Source: an uncultured Pseudomonadota bacterium
GTDB lineage: Bacteria; SAR324; NAC60-12
DNA: 52,243 nt
Assembly: GCA_913052275.1 (NCBI GenBank)
Contig: CAJXDX010000001.1
Coordinates: forward strand, 1 to 52,243
Reading direction: 5' to 3'
The notes under the pieces were generated by a model that made no database searches, was not told the origin of the DNA, and saw only the letters and a program-made list of their open reading frames with translations. Numbering within the stretch: position 1 is the stretch's first letter; every line of letters begins with the position of its first letter. This document shows positions 9,046 to 20,325 of the stretch, piece after piece. Both the position numbers and the translations under genes were made by a program.

Positions 9046-10461
9046 ATGGACAACACGCGTATAAAAACAAAAATAATATGTACAATCGGGCCTGAGACTG
9101 CATCATTTGAAATGATACAGCGTATGGCTGGTGCAGGAATGAATATCGTTCGATTGAACATGTCACATGGTGATCAGGACTGGCATTTTCGGGTAATCAA
9201 GCACATCAAAACACTAAACCGCAAAGTTAAATTCCCTATCGCGATTCTGCTTGACACACAGGGACCGGAAATACGTACAGGCCATCTGTCGTCCAATTTG
9301 GATCTGAAAAAAGGCTCTGTGATTTCGATAACGATTCGCGGAGCGAGTGAAGTTGAGGAAACTTCAATACATATAGACTACGACGACCTGATCAGTTCTG
9401 TGCATGCCGGAGACAAAATTACTGTTGACAACGGTTTGATAAATCTTGAAGTATTAGAAAAACAGGAACGAATCATGCGATGTCGAGTTCTGGATGGCGG
9501 AGTACTCAAGAGTAAAAGTCATGTAAATCTACCGGGCGTACGTGTTAATCTGCCGGCTATTACCCAGAAAGACCGTCGTGACATATTATTTGGAATCAAA
9601 CATGATGTGGATTTCATCGCACTTTCTTTTGTCAGGGAACCTGCTGATGTTTTACAGTTAAAAGAGTTACTTGGAGACAAAGTTGGAAAAATCAAGATCA
9701 TAGCGAAAATTGAAGATCAGGAAGGAGTTACCAATATTGAAAAAATCATTTCAGAAGTAGATGGTATTATGGTTGCCCGTGGAGATTTAGGAATCGAAAT
9801 ACCAATTCATTCTGTACCAACTGTTCAGCGTAAAATTGTCAGGTCATGTTCGGAACAGGGAAAAAGAGTAATTATTGCCACGCATTTACTGGAATCAATG
9901 ATTAAAAACCCTCTTCCTACGCGTGCTGAAGTGACTGATGTGGCAAATGCTATTTATGAAGAAGTAGATGCTGTGATGTTGTCTGGTGAAACTACTGTAG
10001 GAAAGTATCCATTGCGTTGTATCGACCAACTGGTCAATATTGCTCAAAACGTTGAAAATCAGCCAGGATTGCGTTTTGTTGACAATCTAAACACAGACAA
10101 TGATAAACAAAAGTTTTCACTTGCTGCAGTGGATCTGGCGCAATCACTTGGTGCAAGCTGCATAGTTGTTATCACCAGGCGTGGGATAATGGCTGAAATG
10201 GTTTGTAATTGCCGTCCGGTTTACAGTGATATTTATGCTTTCACGAATGTAAGCCAGGCCAGAAGAACTATGATGCTGGGCCGTGGAATTAGATCTTTCC
10301 GGATTGCCTTCAGTCAGGACCCGGAGAAAACTCTTCAAAACGCATTCAAAGTGCTTAAGGAAAGGGAAGGATTTCAAGCTGGTGAAAAGGTTGTGGTAAT
10401 TTCAGATGTACTTGCAGGTTCAGGAAAAATTGACGCGATTCAAATACGTCACCTGCCTTGA
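9046..10461 (+). CDS. pyk: pyruvate kinase
   Basis: TKIICTIGP, RLNMSHG, DTQGPEIRTG, MVARGDLGIE, ATHLLESM. The ORF track starts at TTG 9043, and an ATG follows immediately at 9046. Confidence 0.9.
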   Translation: MDNTRIKTKIICTIGPETASFEMIQRMAGAGMNIVRLNMSHGDQDWHFRVIKHIKTLNRKVKFPIAILLDTQGPEIRTGHLSSNLDLKKGSVISITIRGASEVEETSIHIDYDDLISSVHAGDKITVDNGLINLEVLEKQERIMRCRVLDGGVLKSKSHVNLPGVRVNLPAITQKDRRDILFGIKHDVDFIALSFVREPADVLQLKELLGDKVGKIKIIAKIEDQEGVTNIEKIISEVDGIMVARGDLGIEIPIHSVPTVQRKIVRSCSEQGKRVIIATHLLESMIKNPLPTRAEVTDVANAIYEEVDAVMLSGETTVGKYPLRCIDQLVNIAQNVENQPGLRFVDNLNTDNDKQKFSLAAVDLAQSLGASCIVVITRRGIMAEMVCNCRPVYSDIYAFTNVSQARRTMMLGRGIRSFRIAFSQDPEKTLQNAFKVLKEREGFQAGEKVVVISDVLAGSGKIDAIQIRHLP

Positions 10462-10505
10462 GTGCTCTTTTGAATGACTTTACCGTGTATTAAAACCGTT
10501 TTGCC

Positions 10506-11675
<1,170 letters not shown>

Positions 11676-11742
11676 TCATTAATTTTTGATTTCATTTTAG
11701 CCTGTTTTTATGCATCTCAATCTGAAAACAATTAATCACTTG

Positions 11743-13899
11743 TCATCGAATCGGATGGAATAACTGGCCGTCCTTAACCATCTTCCTGATTTGCTCTGTG
11801 GGTTCATATATTTTTCCAAAAGACTTAAGTTTTTCGGCTCGCTGCAGTAATTCATCCAACCCTGCAGAATCAGCCCAACGGAAAATTCCACCACGGAATG
11901 GTGGGAACCCAAGTCCGTATATCAGTCCCATATCAACTTCCATGGGAGTCTCTACTATATTATCTTCCAAACATCGAGAACTTTCCATCAACATTGGAAG
12001 CATCATCCTGTCAACAATATCTTCGTCGCTTATATCATCTCCGGAGCTTGCATTAAAATCACGGATAAAATTTCCAGTTTCCGGGTTTACCTCTTTTTTG
12101 GGTTTACCTTTCTTGTCTTTGGAATGAATATAAAACCCTTTTTCGTTTTTCTTGCCGAACCATTTCTGTTCAAACATTTTAGATATAATTGTAGGATCTT
12201 CCCTGCTCATTCGGTCAGGGTACCCTTCAGCCATCACACTGCCTGCATGGAAAGCTGTGTCAATGCCCACCACGTCCAGCAGACATGCGGGGCCCATTGG
12301 CCACCCGAATTTTTCCATAACTTTATCAATATGCTCATAATCAACTCCGTCACTTACCAAACCTGTAAAACCTGCAATGTAAGGAAACAACACTCTATTT
12401 ACAAGAAAACCTGGACAGTCATTTACCACGATCGGACTTTTTCCCATTGCAGCTGCAAAGGCAACTGTGGAAGCAATTGTTGGTTCAGAACTTTTTTCAC
12501 CACGGATCACCTCAACAAGGGGCATTCTGTGAACCGGATTAAAAAAGTGCATACCGCAAAACTGTTCCGGACGTTTAAGTCCTTTAGCCAGTTTTGTAAT
12601 TGAAATGGTGGAGGTATTAGAAGCAAGGATCGCGTTTTTACGGATGATTGATTCAGTTTCGGACAGTACTGCTTTTTTCACACTTTCCTTTTCTACCACT
12701 GCCTCGACCACCAGGTCCGCCTCAGCAATATTTTCATATGAAAGTGTTGGAGTAATATCAGTCAAAATATGAGTCATTTCCTCTACTTCCATTTGCCCGC
12801 GGTCAATACGTTTTTGCATTATTTTAGCAGCTTCCTTTATGCCCAATTCCAGTTGAGATTGGGCAATATCCTTCATGGCTATTGGAATCCCTTTGAAGGC
12901 GGATTGATAAGCAACCCCTCCACCCATAATACCTGCACCAAGAACTGCAGCACGATTTACCGGTTCAGCCATTTTTTTTGAACTTTTGGCTTTTTTCTTC
13001 AGTAATTGATCACCTAAAAATAAGCCTATTAATGAAGTTGCTTCCGGAGACTTTGCAAGTTCCGCAAATCCTTCCGCCTCAATTTCCAGTGCTCCTTCAA
13101 GTGGAAGATTTGCACCGGCCTGCATAACTCCGACAATAGTCAAAGGTGCAGGATAGTTTGGACCTGCCTTTCCTGCAATGAATGCACGCGCTGTCTCAAA
13201 AGTCATCATTGCTTCGTTTTCATTCAACATCAAGGGCTGTTGTTTTACTTTACGTTTTGTTTCCCAGTCCAGTTCACCCCTGATTGCTCTAGCAAGCAGG
13301 TCCAAAGAGGCATCCCGTAATATTTCAGGTTCGACCACTGAATCTACAGCACCTGCCTTAAGAGCATTTTCTGGATTGTTATCCTTCCCTCCTGCTATCC
13401 ATTCAATGGCATTATCAGCACCTATGAGTCTTGGCAGTCTTGCTGTGCCTCCAAATCCGGGCAGCAAGCCAAGTTTAACTTCAGGCAAGCCTACTTTTGC
13501 TTGCTTAGAGGCTACACGATAAGTACATGCTAGACATATTTCAAATCCTCCTCCAAGTGCAAATCCATTTATTGCGCATACACTGGGTATATTTAAATTT
13601 TCAAGATTTGAAAAAACCTGCTGGCTGTCTTTTACCCATTGCACAAGCTTGTCCAGTGGTTCCTGAAAAATCCCCAGAAACTGGTTAATATCTGCACCAA
13701 CAATGAATGTGTCTTTTCCGCTGGAGATAAGCAGTCCTTTTACTGATTGATCTTTTTCCAGTAGCTTAACAACTTCATTGAGTTCCTGAAGCGAGTTTTT
13801 GTCAAACTTATTTACTGAACCATCCTGTAAGTCAAATACCAGCTCAGCAATATTGTTTTCCAGAGTATGGCATTGTAGAGTCTGGCCTTTGTATTCCAT
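11743..13899 (-). CDS. fadB: fatty-acid oxidation complex alpha subunit (enoyl-CoA hydratase / 3-hydroxyacyl-CoA dehydrogenase)
   Basis: 718 aa. N-terminal crotonase fold (FIVGADI, GFALGGGFE) and a central Rossmann motif (AVLGAGIMGGGVA). Forms a FadB-FadA pairing. Confidence 0.9.
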   Translation of the reverse strand: MEYKGQTLQCHTLENNIAELVFDLQDGSVNKFDKNSLQELNEVVKLLEKDQSVKGLLISSGKDTFIVGADINQFLGIFQEPLDKLVQWVKDSQQVFSNLENLNIPSVCAINGFALGGGFEICLACTYRVASKQAKVGLPEVKLGLLPGFGGTARLPRLIGADNAIEWIAGGKDNNPENALKAGAVDSVVEPEILRDASLDLLARAIRGELDWETKRKVKQQPLMLNENEAMMTFETARAFIAGKAGPNYPAPLTIVGVMQAGANLPLEGALEIEAEGFAELAKSPEATSLIGLFLGDQLLKKKAKSSKKMAEPVNRAAVLGAGIMGGGVAYQSAFKGIPIAMKDIAQSQLELGIKEAAKIMQKRIDRGQMEVEEMTHILTDITPTLSYENIAEADLVVEAVVEKESVKKAVLSETESIIRKNAILASNTSTISITKLAKGLKRPEQFCGMHFFNPVHRMPLVEVIRGEKSSEPTIASTVAFAAAMGKSPIVVNDCPGFLVNRVLFPYIAGFTGLVSDGVDYEHIDKVMEKFGWPMGPACLLDVVGIDTAFHAGSVMAEGYPDRMSREDPTIISKMFEQKWFGKKNEKGFYIHSKDKKGKPKKEVNPETGNFIRDFNASSGDDISDEDIVDRMMLPMLMESSRCLEDNIVETPMEVDMGLIYGLGFPPFRGGIFRWADSAGLDELLQRAEKLKSFGKIYEPTEQIRKMVKDGQLFHPIR

Positions 13900-13922
13900 A
13901 TATTCAGATTGAGTTAAATAGA

Positions 13923-15773
13923 TTAAAAAGTTATTTCAAGCGCATCGAAGTTCTGTTTTTTACCTCCTTCAAGTAAAGCATGGTATTGAGGTATGACAGC
14001 TTCCAAAAAATAACGTGCGGTTTTCAGCTTATTTGAGTAAAAAAGAGCGTTCTCATTTTCCACCAGCAATTCTGAATCATCAAGGTCTTCCAGTCCTTCT
14101 TTCGATCTTATCCTTGACAATTGTTCTGATGCTACAACTGCTTGCTGCAATAACAGCCAGCCTGCTGTAACTGAAGAAATAAACATTAAAAATGGTGTTG
14201 CATAAAGCGCGATGGATTCCATACCCCGTTCCTTCAATATTTCCTGCGTTGACATTGAAGTTTCGTAAAGTGATTCGCAATAACCTTCAAATATATTGAT
14301 TAATTGTCCCATTTCTTGGTGGTCCCTGTGCTCATTTATTAATTCACTATAATTTCCCATAAGTTGCTGAAAAAGAGCACCATCGTTGCGGAGAATTTTT
14401 CTGCCGATTAAATCCAGAGCTTGAATATCGGTTGTACCTTCATAAATTGTAGAAATTCTTGCATCTCTGTACAATTGCTCAAGAGGGAAGTCTTTGGTAT
14501 AACCTACGCCGCCCATTACCTGAAGCCCAGCTTGTACAACTTCAAGTCCAACCTCCGTACACCAGCCCTTGCACATTGGTGTAAGCAGATCGATCATGTT
14601 CTGTCTATTTTCTTTTTCCTTCTCAGTTTCAGCAATTTTCTCCAAATCGAATTGCAATGCAGTATAGTAAAGCAGAGCGCGCATAGCTTCGACCCTTGAC
14701 TTCATATTGATCAGATTGAGCCGAACGGCAGGGTGTTCAATTATTGATACACGTTGAGCATTTAAATCACGGATTTTTGAAATGTTTGTACCCTGAACAC
14801 GCTCATGTGCATAAGTTTTTGCGTTTTCGTATGCAGCTCCGCCTAGGGACAAGCCAATTAATCCGGTAAAAATTCGTGCTGTATTCATCATCTGAAACAT
14901 GGCAGCAATTCCCTGGCCTTCACTGCCAAGAATCCAGCCCAGACAATCGTCATTTTCTCCAAAACTCAGAACTGCGGTTGGACTTGAATGGATTCCCATT
15001 TTATTCTCAATGGATACAACTGTGACGTCATTCCAGTCTCCTAATGAGCCGTCATCGTTTACTCTGAAATATGGAACCACAAACAGGCTCAAACCTTTTG
15101 TGCCATCTGGAGCTCCCTTGACACGTGCTAAGACTGCATGAATTACGTTTTCACCCAAGTCATTATCTCCAGAAGAAATCCAGCATTTAGTACCTTTAAT
15201 TTTGTAAACACCATTCCCCAGCGGTTCGGCGCTTGTTATTCCTGCTCCGACATCGGACCCAGCATGCGGCTCACTCAAACACATAGTCCCTGTATACTGT
15301 CCCTGAAACATTTTTGCTATGTATTTTTCCTTCAACATGTCTGAGCCATATGTTTCAATCAATTTTGCGGCTCCTGAAGTGAGTCCGAAAAACATCCCTA
15401 ATCCGAGATTTGCGCCGTTTATTGCTTCACTGACTATTAAGCCTATAGTTGCGGGAGCACCCATGCCACCGTATTCTGGCGAATCGGAAATCGAAGCCCA
15501 TCCCAATTCATAGGCCTTTTGAAAAGGCTTGTGTAAACATTCAGAAACTTTTACCCTGCCCTCTTCCAGTCTGCAGCCCTTACGATCACTTTCTGCTCGA
15601 GTTGGGAAAACCACCTCAATCGCAAAACGTATTCCTTCCTGTACCATCATTTCAAGGGTGTCCTGATCAAATTCAGCATATTTTTCGGAATTGTTCAGTT
15701 TCCCAAGTTGAAGCCATTCACTGATTGCGAAGCTGATATCACGCTGGTCAAGTGTTAAATCAGTACTACTCAT
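13923..15773 (-). CDS. long-form acyl-CoA dehydrogenase (about 600-aa class with extra C-terminal domain)
   Basis: 616 aa. ACAD blocks (LSEPHAGSD, GTKCWISSG, IYEGTTDIQALDL). First gene of the beta-oxidation operon, with a 23-bp gap to fadB. Confidence 0.85.
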   Translation of the reverse strand: MSSTDLTLDQRDISFAISEWLQLGKLNNSEKYAEFDQDTLEMMVQEGIRFAIEVVFPTRAESDRKGCRLEEGRVKVSECLHKPFQKAYELGWASISDSPEYGGMGAPATIGLIVSEAINGANLGLGMFFGLTSGAAKLIETYGSDMLKEKYIAKMFQGQYTGTMCLSEPHAGSDVGAGITSAEPLGNGVYKIKGTKCWISSGDNDLGENVIHAVLARVKGAPDGTKGLSLFVVPYFRVNDDGSLGDWNDVTVVSIENKMGIHSSPTAVLSFGENDDCLGWILGSEGQGIAAMFQMMNTARIFTGLIGLSLGGAAYENAKTYAHERVQGTNISKIRDLNAQRVSIIEHPAVRLNLINMKSRVEAMRALLYYTALQFDLEKIAETEKEKENRQNMIDLLTPMCKGWCTEVGLEVVQAGLQVMGGVGYTKDFPLEQLYRDARISTIYEGTTDIQALDLIGRKILRNDGALFQQLMGNYSELINEHRDHQEMGQLINIFEGYCESLYETSMSTQEILKERGMESIALYATPFLMFISSVTAGWLLLQQAVVASEQLSRIRSKEGLEDLDDSELLVENENALFYSNKLKTARYFLEAVIPQYHALLEGGKKQNFDALEITF

Positions 15774-16072
15774 AATTTATAATTTTTTTTTTAGTAATCT
15801 GTGGTTAGCAACAAGGCAGAATCAAGATGATTAATTAATATCTATCTCTAAAATACTCTAAATTAAACGGAGTAAAAAGGATTATTTGGATTCATAAAAT
15901 TAAATGCATTATATCAGGTATAAATCTACATTCGAGTTTCAGTGAAATGTGTATTTTAAATGTTTGGGATAGTTTGTGCAGAAGTATTAGTATATTCAAT
16001 ATTTTAATACGTTAATGACTTGCTGAGTAGAACAATTGAATTTCGCATTTATTATTTAAGAGAAAATTTTTT

Positions 16073-16459
16073 ATGTCACTCAAATCATTAATTCATTCCT
16101 CACGAAGGACTCCGAGTTCCTTAAAGAATCAGTTCCGCTGGAAACTTGTTCCTGGATTTATTTGGAAATCAGTACAATCATTTAGAATCACTTTGCTGAT
16201 ATGGGGTCTGGTAACAGCAGGATGCATCTTCTACCTAACACAATGGATGAATTTCAGGCAAGTAGCTCACAGAATTGATTTGCTTGAAACATATCGATCA
16301 AAATTGTCTTCTCAGTTGGAGTTATTGGAAGTTGAAATAAGTTACCTTACACGTCCTCAGCGTCTGGAATTTCTGGCAGGAGGTACAATGCTCATGCAGC
16401 CTCCAGAGTCTGTCCAATACAAATTGTCCTGGCTGGATATAACCAGCGAAAAAGACTAA
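16073..16459 (+). CDS. ftsL: cell division protein FtsL-like
   Basis: 128 aa. One TM segment (ITLLIWGLVTAGCIFYL) is followed by a leucine-zipper-like coil (LETYRSKLSSQLELLEVEISYL) and then RPQRLEFLA. Its stop abuts the ftsI start (TAA ATG at 16457-16462). The call rests on position and architecture rather than strong sequence identity. Confidence 0.6.
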   Translation: MSLKSLIHSSRRTPSSLKNQFRWKLVPGFIWKSVQSFRITLLIWGLVTAGCIFYLTQWMNFRQVAHRIDLLETYRSKLSSQLELLEVEISYLTRPQRLEFLAGGTMLMQPPESVQYKLSWLDITSEKD

Positions 16460-18244
16460 ATGAGTCAATCACCACGTTTTCAAGTCTACAGCTTCAAATC
16501 CCGTCTTCTGACAGTTCTGGTTTTTTTTGGAATATGTTTTGTTGCGGTTTTGGGCAAAGTATTTTTTTTACAGATCATTAAGGCGGATTACTATATTCAG
16601 AAAGCAAAGTCTCAACATGAACTTACGGTCAAAGTGGAGCCGCACCGTGGAAGAATTTTGGACAATAACGGACGAATTTTGGCTGTCTCTGTTAAACTGA
16701 AATCATTATTTGCAAAACCAAACCAGCTGGAATCCCCTTCTGAATATGCAAGAAGACTTTCCCCGATTCTCAAAATTCCCTACCACAAACTGTTTAATGA
16801 ACTGAAATCAAGACAACAGTTCATCTGGATAAAACGCAGATTACATCCTCAACAGGCAAGACTTGTTCAGAAACTTGGATTGAAAGGAATTGGATTTATA
16901 GAAGAATATCGAAGATTTTATCCTAATGGTAGTTTTGCCGGACAACTTTTGGGGTATTCCGGAATTGACACTCAAGGATTGGAAGGTATAGAACACAAAT
17001 ATGAATCTTTGCTTGCAGGCATGCCGGTCACATATGTACTTGAGAAAGAAGGTATGTTCCGCACGGACCCTCTTTCAAATATTTCAAAAAAAATCCCTGA
17101 TCAGTATTCACTCTATTTGACTATAGACAGTACGATTCAACATTTTGCAGAAAAATCCTTAAGAGAAGGAGTTATTAAGTCACGTGGTGAACGAGGAACA
17201 GTTGTTGTAATTCACGCTAAAACTGGAGCGGTCCTGGCAATGGCTAATTATCCCGGCTATGATCCAAACCGTTATCAGCGTTACACTAGGGAGCGTCAGC
17301 TGAATTATGCGGTAACTGCAGGTTATGAGCCGGGATCTACCTTCAAAATGATTACTGTTGCTGCAGGACTAAACGAGGGGCTTATATCGTCTGATCAGGA
17401 ATTTTTCTGTGAAGAAGGAGAGTACAGGATAGGGAATAACTTAATCAGAGACTCCTCACCTCAGGGTGTGCTGACACTCGAGCAGGTTTTAAAAAAATCA
17501 TCAAATATATGTGCGGCAAAAATTGGCATGAGCATACCGCCTTCGCGGTTTTATGATTACATCATGCTTTTCGGTTTTGGACAAAGGCCAAATTCCGGTA
17601 TTGCCGCTGAAGCATCCGGCAGGGTTATTTCTCCCAAAAAATGGAAAACTATTGATCATGCAGCGATTTCTTTTGGTCAGGCTATACTTGTTTCACCATT
17701 GCAAATGGTAAGTGCAGCCAACGTTTTTGCAAATCAGGGAGAGTGGATTCAACCATATATCCTTGATCATGTCCGTGACAAAAAAGGAAAAGTAATTAAG
17801 GAAATCAAGGACAATGACGGAAGGTTGATTCAAAAATTTGGTGCAGGCATTCGCAGTCGTGTAGTTGACGCTTCAGTTTCGGAATTAATTAAAGAGTATC
17901 TTATATCTGTGACACAGCCGGGGGGTACAGCAGAATTAGCGGCGATAAAAGGTTATCAAGTTGCAGGTAAAACCGGTACCAGCCAAATTTTCGATCATCA
18001 GCTGGGAAGATATTCCAAAACTCGTTACATTGCCTCATTTGTCGGTTTTGCCCCTGCATCGGATCCATTGGTAACAGTTCTGGTTATAGTTGAACAGCCT
18101 CAAACTTCTTATTACGGCGGAACCGTTGCCGCGCCAATATTTAATGAAATTGTACATAGAACTCTTTTGTTTAAAGATGTATTGCCCCTGCCAGATGAAA
18201 GTTATTCAGAAATCCCCGCACATCAAAGTACCGCATCTCGCTGA
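16460..18244 (+). CDS. ftsI: class B penicillin-binding protein / peptidoglycan D,D-transpeptidase FtsI
   Basis: 594 aa. N-terminal TM segment, a PBP dimerisation region, and the transpeptidase triad SxxK (GSTFK), SxN (KSSNI), KTG (GKTGTS). Confidence 0.85.
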   Translation: MSQSPRFQVYSFKSRLLTVLVFFGICFVAVLGKVFFLQIIKADYYIQKAKSQHELTVKVEPHRGRILDNNGRILAVSVKLKSLFAKPNQLESPSEYARRLSPILKIPYHKLFNELKSRQQFIWIKRRLHPQQARLVQKLGLKGIGFIEEYRRFYPNGSFAGQLLGYSGIDTQGLEGIEHKYESLLAGMPVTYVLEKEGMFRTDPLSNISKKIPDQYSLYLTIDSTIQHFAEKSLREGVIKSRGERGTVVVIHAKTGAVLAMANYPGYDPNRYQRYTRERQLNYAVTAGYEPGSTFKMITVAAGLNEGLISSDQEFFCEEGEYRIGNNLIRDSSPQGVLTLEQVLKKSSNICAAKIGMSIPPSRFYDYIMLFGFGQRPNSGIAAEASGRVISPKKWKTIDHAAISFGQAILVSPLQMVSAANVFANQGEWIQPYILDHVRDKKGKVIKEIKDNDGRLIQKFGAGIRSRVVDASVSELIKEYLISVTQPGGTAELAAIKGYQVAGKTGTSQIFDHQLGRYSKTRYIASFVGFAPASDPLVTVLVIVEQPQTSYYGGTVAAPIFNEIVHRTLLFKDVLPLPDESYSEIPAHQSTASR

Positions 18245-18494
18245 CGAAGAGAAAGTATTACTCCGGTTTTATACTTTATCTTAGGCTCTGTTTTATTTGA
18301 GAATTTCTACTCATGAGCCACCTTACCTGATAATATACTGATATTATTATTTTAGTTAGTACACACGATTGATGGGGAAGATTTAAAATTGCATAGAATT
18401 CTTACAAAATTTCTTACATTTTTTCGGGATGACAGGACAAATCCTGAAACTGTGGAGATTTATAAAAATGTGTGCAGATAAAAAAACTAAAAAT

Positions 18495-19562
18495 TTATTT
18501 TGAATTCTTCAGAGATGATTTTGAGTGATTATAACCAGTTAAGAAATAACTGGATGGTGAGGCCATCTTAACAGCCATCTTGATTGACTCTATCATAGAA
18601 CTTGGATTAGCCTCCATTTTTGGAGCAAGCTGGAAAGCAGTCCCATGGTCAGGGGATGTTCTAATAACAGGCAATCCTAATGTTATATTTACTGCACGAT
18701 CAAATCCGTACAATTTCAGAGGGATCAATGCCTGGTCGTGATACAGTGCAACTACTGCGTCAAACATTCCTTTTCGATGTTCCAGGAAAATAGTATCCGG
18801 AGGAAAAGGTCCTTCACATAGCAGACTTTTTTTGCGAGCAAGTTCCAATGCAGGAAGAATGATTTGATTTTCTTCATCACCAAATAACCCCTTTTCTCCT
18901 GCATGTGGATTAAGCCCTGCAATACCAAGCTTAGGATTCGGAATCCCCATTCTTCTAAGTCCAGAATCAGTAATCTCAATTACTTCAAGTATCAATTCTG
19001 GTGTAAGTGAATCCAGAGCTTGACGTAAAGACATGTGAAGCGTTACCATTGAAGCTCTTAGATCATCTACTGCCAGCATCATCACAGAGCGGGCCCCGTT
19101 GCTGTAGTGTGAAATGATTTCTGTGTGTCCCGGGAAATTATGCCCTGCTGAAAAAAGTGCCTCCTTGGAAAGCGGGGCTGTTACAATAGCATCAATTGTT
19201 TTATTATTTGCCCATAGTATGGCGTTGTGAACAAATTTAAATGCTGATTGCCCGCCCCATGAGGAACACAAACCCAGTTCCCACTTTCGATTTTTTTTGA
19301 CTGGTAAATCGACCACAGGAATGCAAAAAGAATCATTAAGCTTTTCAATAGGCAAATTATGTTTTTTGGGAATTGGCTTGTATGAGAAAGGAGCCCCAAC
19401 TGCTTTATTGATTTCTTTTATGATTTCGATATCACCAAAAATCAAAGGCTTCCATTCATGAAAGGGATGAAGGTAATGGAGGGCACGTATCAAAACTTCC
19501 GGACCAATCCCGTTTGGATCACCCATTGTAAAACCAATTTTGATTTCTGATTCCTTTGGCAT
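18495..19562 (-). CDS. pdxA: 4-hydroxythreonine-4-phosphate dehydrogenase
   Basis: TMGDPNGIGPEV, FPGHTE, GLNPHAGE, LYHDQALIPLK, RTSPDHGTAF. The 392-aa ORF (to 19673) is trimmed to the ATG at 19562 (MPKESEIKIGFTMGDP...). The upstream 37 codons overlap the divergent SDR gene and look non-native. Confidence 0.85.
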   Translation of the reverse strand: MPKESEIKIGFTMGDPNGIGPEVLIRALHYLHPFHEWKPLIFGDIEIIKEINKAVGAPFSYKPIPKKHNLPIEKLNDSFCIPVVDLPVKKNRKWELGLCSSWGGQSAFKFVHNAILWANNKTIDAIVTAPLSKEALFSAGHNFPGHTEIISHYSNGARSVMMLAVDDLRASMVTLHMSLRQALDSLTPELILEVIEITDSGLRRMGIPNPKLGIAGLNPHAGEKGLFGDEENQIILPALELARKKSLLCEGPFPPDTIFLEHRKGMFDAVVALYHDQALIPLKLYGFDRAVNITLGLPVIRTSPDHGTAFQLAPKMEANPSSMIESIKMAVKMASPSSYFLTGYNHSKSSLKNSK

Positions 19563-19584
19563 TTTTAATCTTTGTGAATAGTTT
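19563..19584. promoter_or_regulatory. 22-bp start-to-start spacer between divergent pdxA and the SDR gene (promoters must lie inside the neighbouring coding regions)
   Basis: The pdxA ATG is at 19562 (minus strand) and the SDR ATG at 19585 (plus strand). The spacer is tttttaatctttgtgaatagtt. No specific -10/-35 assignment is attempted. Confidence 0.3.
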
Positions 19585-20316
19585 ATGGATTTAGAGAATA
19601 AAGTAGCCCTTGTAACCGGAGCAGGAGTTCGTATTGGACAAGCAGTAGCAGTGAAACTGGGACAACTTGGCATGCGTTTGGTGATACATTATCATCACTC
19701 TGAAGAAGGAGCAAAACAAACAATTCAAAAGCTTCCAGGAAAAAAGTCCAGACACCTGGTTCTTCAAGCGGATTTGAAGGACGTTTCCGCAATCAAAGAA
19801 CTTGTACATAAAGCTGAAAAGCAGGCCGGTCCTGTATCGGTACTGGTTAACAATGCAGCAGAATTTTTCCCTACTCCATTATTTTCCGTAGCTGAAGAAG
19901 AATGGGATCATCTTTTAGCACTAAATTTAAAAGCACCCTTCTTTTTATCACAAGCTTTAGGGGAAATTATGAAATCTTCTGGAGAAGGAAAAATCATCAA
20001 TATGGTAGATGTCTCTGCTGAACGCCCATGGAAAAGTTTTCTGCCATATTGTGCTTCAAAAGCTGCTTTGATTTCATTGACCAGGGGTTTGGCACGTGCA
20101 TTATCACCTGAAGTACAGGTTAACGGAATTGCTCCGGGAACAGTTTTGCCTCCTCCCGAACATATTGAGATGGACTTAACTGCATCTGTTGAAAACAGCC
20201 TGCTTAAGCGCATTGGTAAAGTAGAAGATATTGTGCAGGCAGTTGAATATTTGCTACAATCTGACTTTGTAACTGGAACAATCCTTCCTGTTGATGGTGG
20301 ACGTTCTATTTATTGA
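19585..20316 (+). CDS. SDR-family oxidoreductase, FolM/pteridine-reductase-like
   Basis: 243 aa. VTGAGVRIG, NNAA, YCASKAAL (YxxxK), SPEVQVNGIAPG, FVTGTILPVDGGRS. It aligns well by eye with E. coli FolM in the C-terminal half. The SDR call is firm, and the pteridine-reductase subfamily call is tentative. Confidence 0.75.
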   Translation: MDLENKVALVTGAGVRIGQAVAVKLGQLGMRLVIHYHHSEEGAKQTIQKLPGKKSRHLVLQADLKDVSAIKELVHKAEKQAGPVSVLVNNAAEFFPTPLFSVAEEEWDHLLALNLKAPFFLSQALGEIMKSSGEGKIINMVDVSAERPWKSFLPYCASKAALISLTRGLARALSPEVQVNGIAPGTVLPPPEHIEMDLTASVENSLLKRIGKVEDIVQAVEYLLQSDFVTGTILPVDGGRSIY

Positions 20317-20325
20317 AGCAATTTT

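Noticed and set aside
12124-12603. 159-aa plus-strand ORF, with neighbours at 11798-12127, 12152-12340, 12769-12981 and 13178-13522, all inside fadB
   Set aside because: These are antisense shadow ORFs within a strongly supported 718-aa FadB gene. Their translations are low-complexity or Cys/His/Phe-rich with no motifs.
19563-19673. N-terminal 37-codon extension of the pdxA ORF (MPSCPSFTATACPIRTPAPV...)
   Set aside because: It overlaps the divergent SDR gene. The extension is Pro/Thr/Cys-rich and unlike PdxA N-termini. The internal ATG at 19562 gives the canonical M...IGFTMGDPNGIGPE start.
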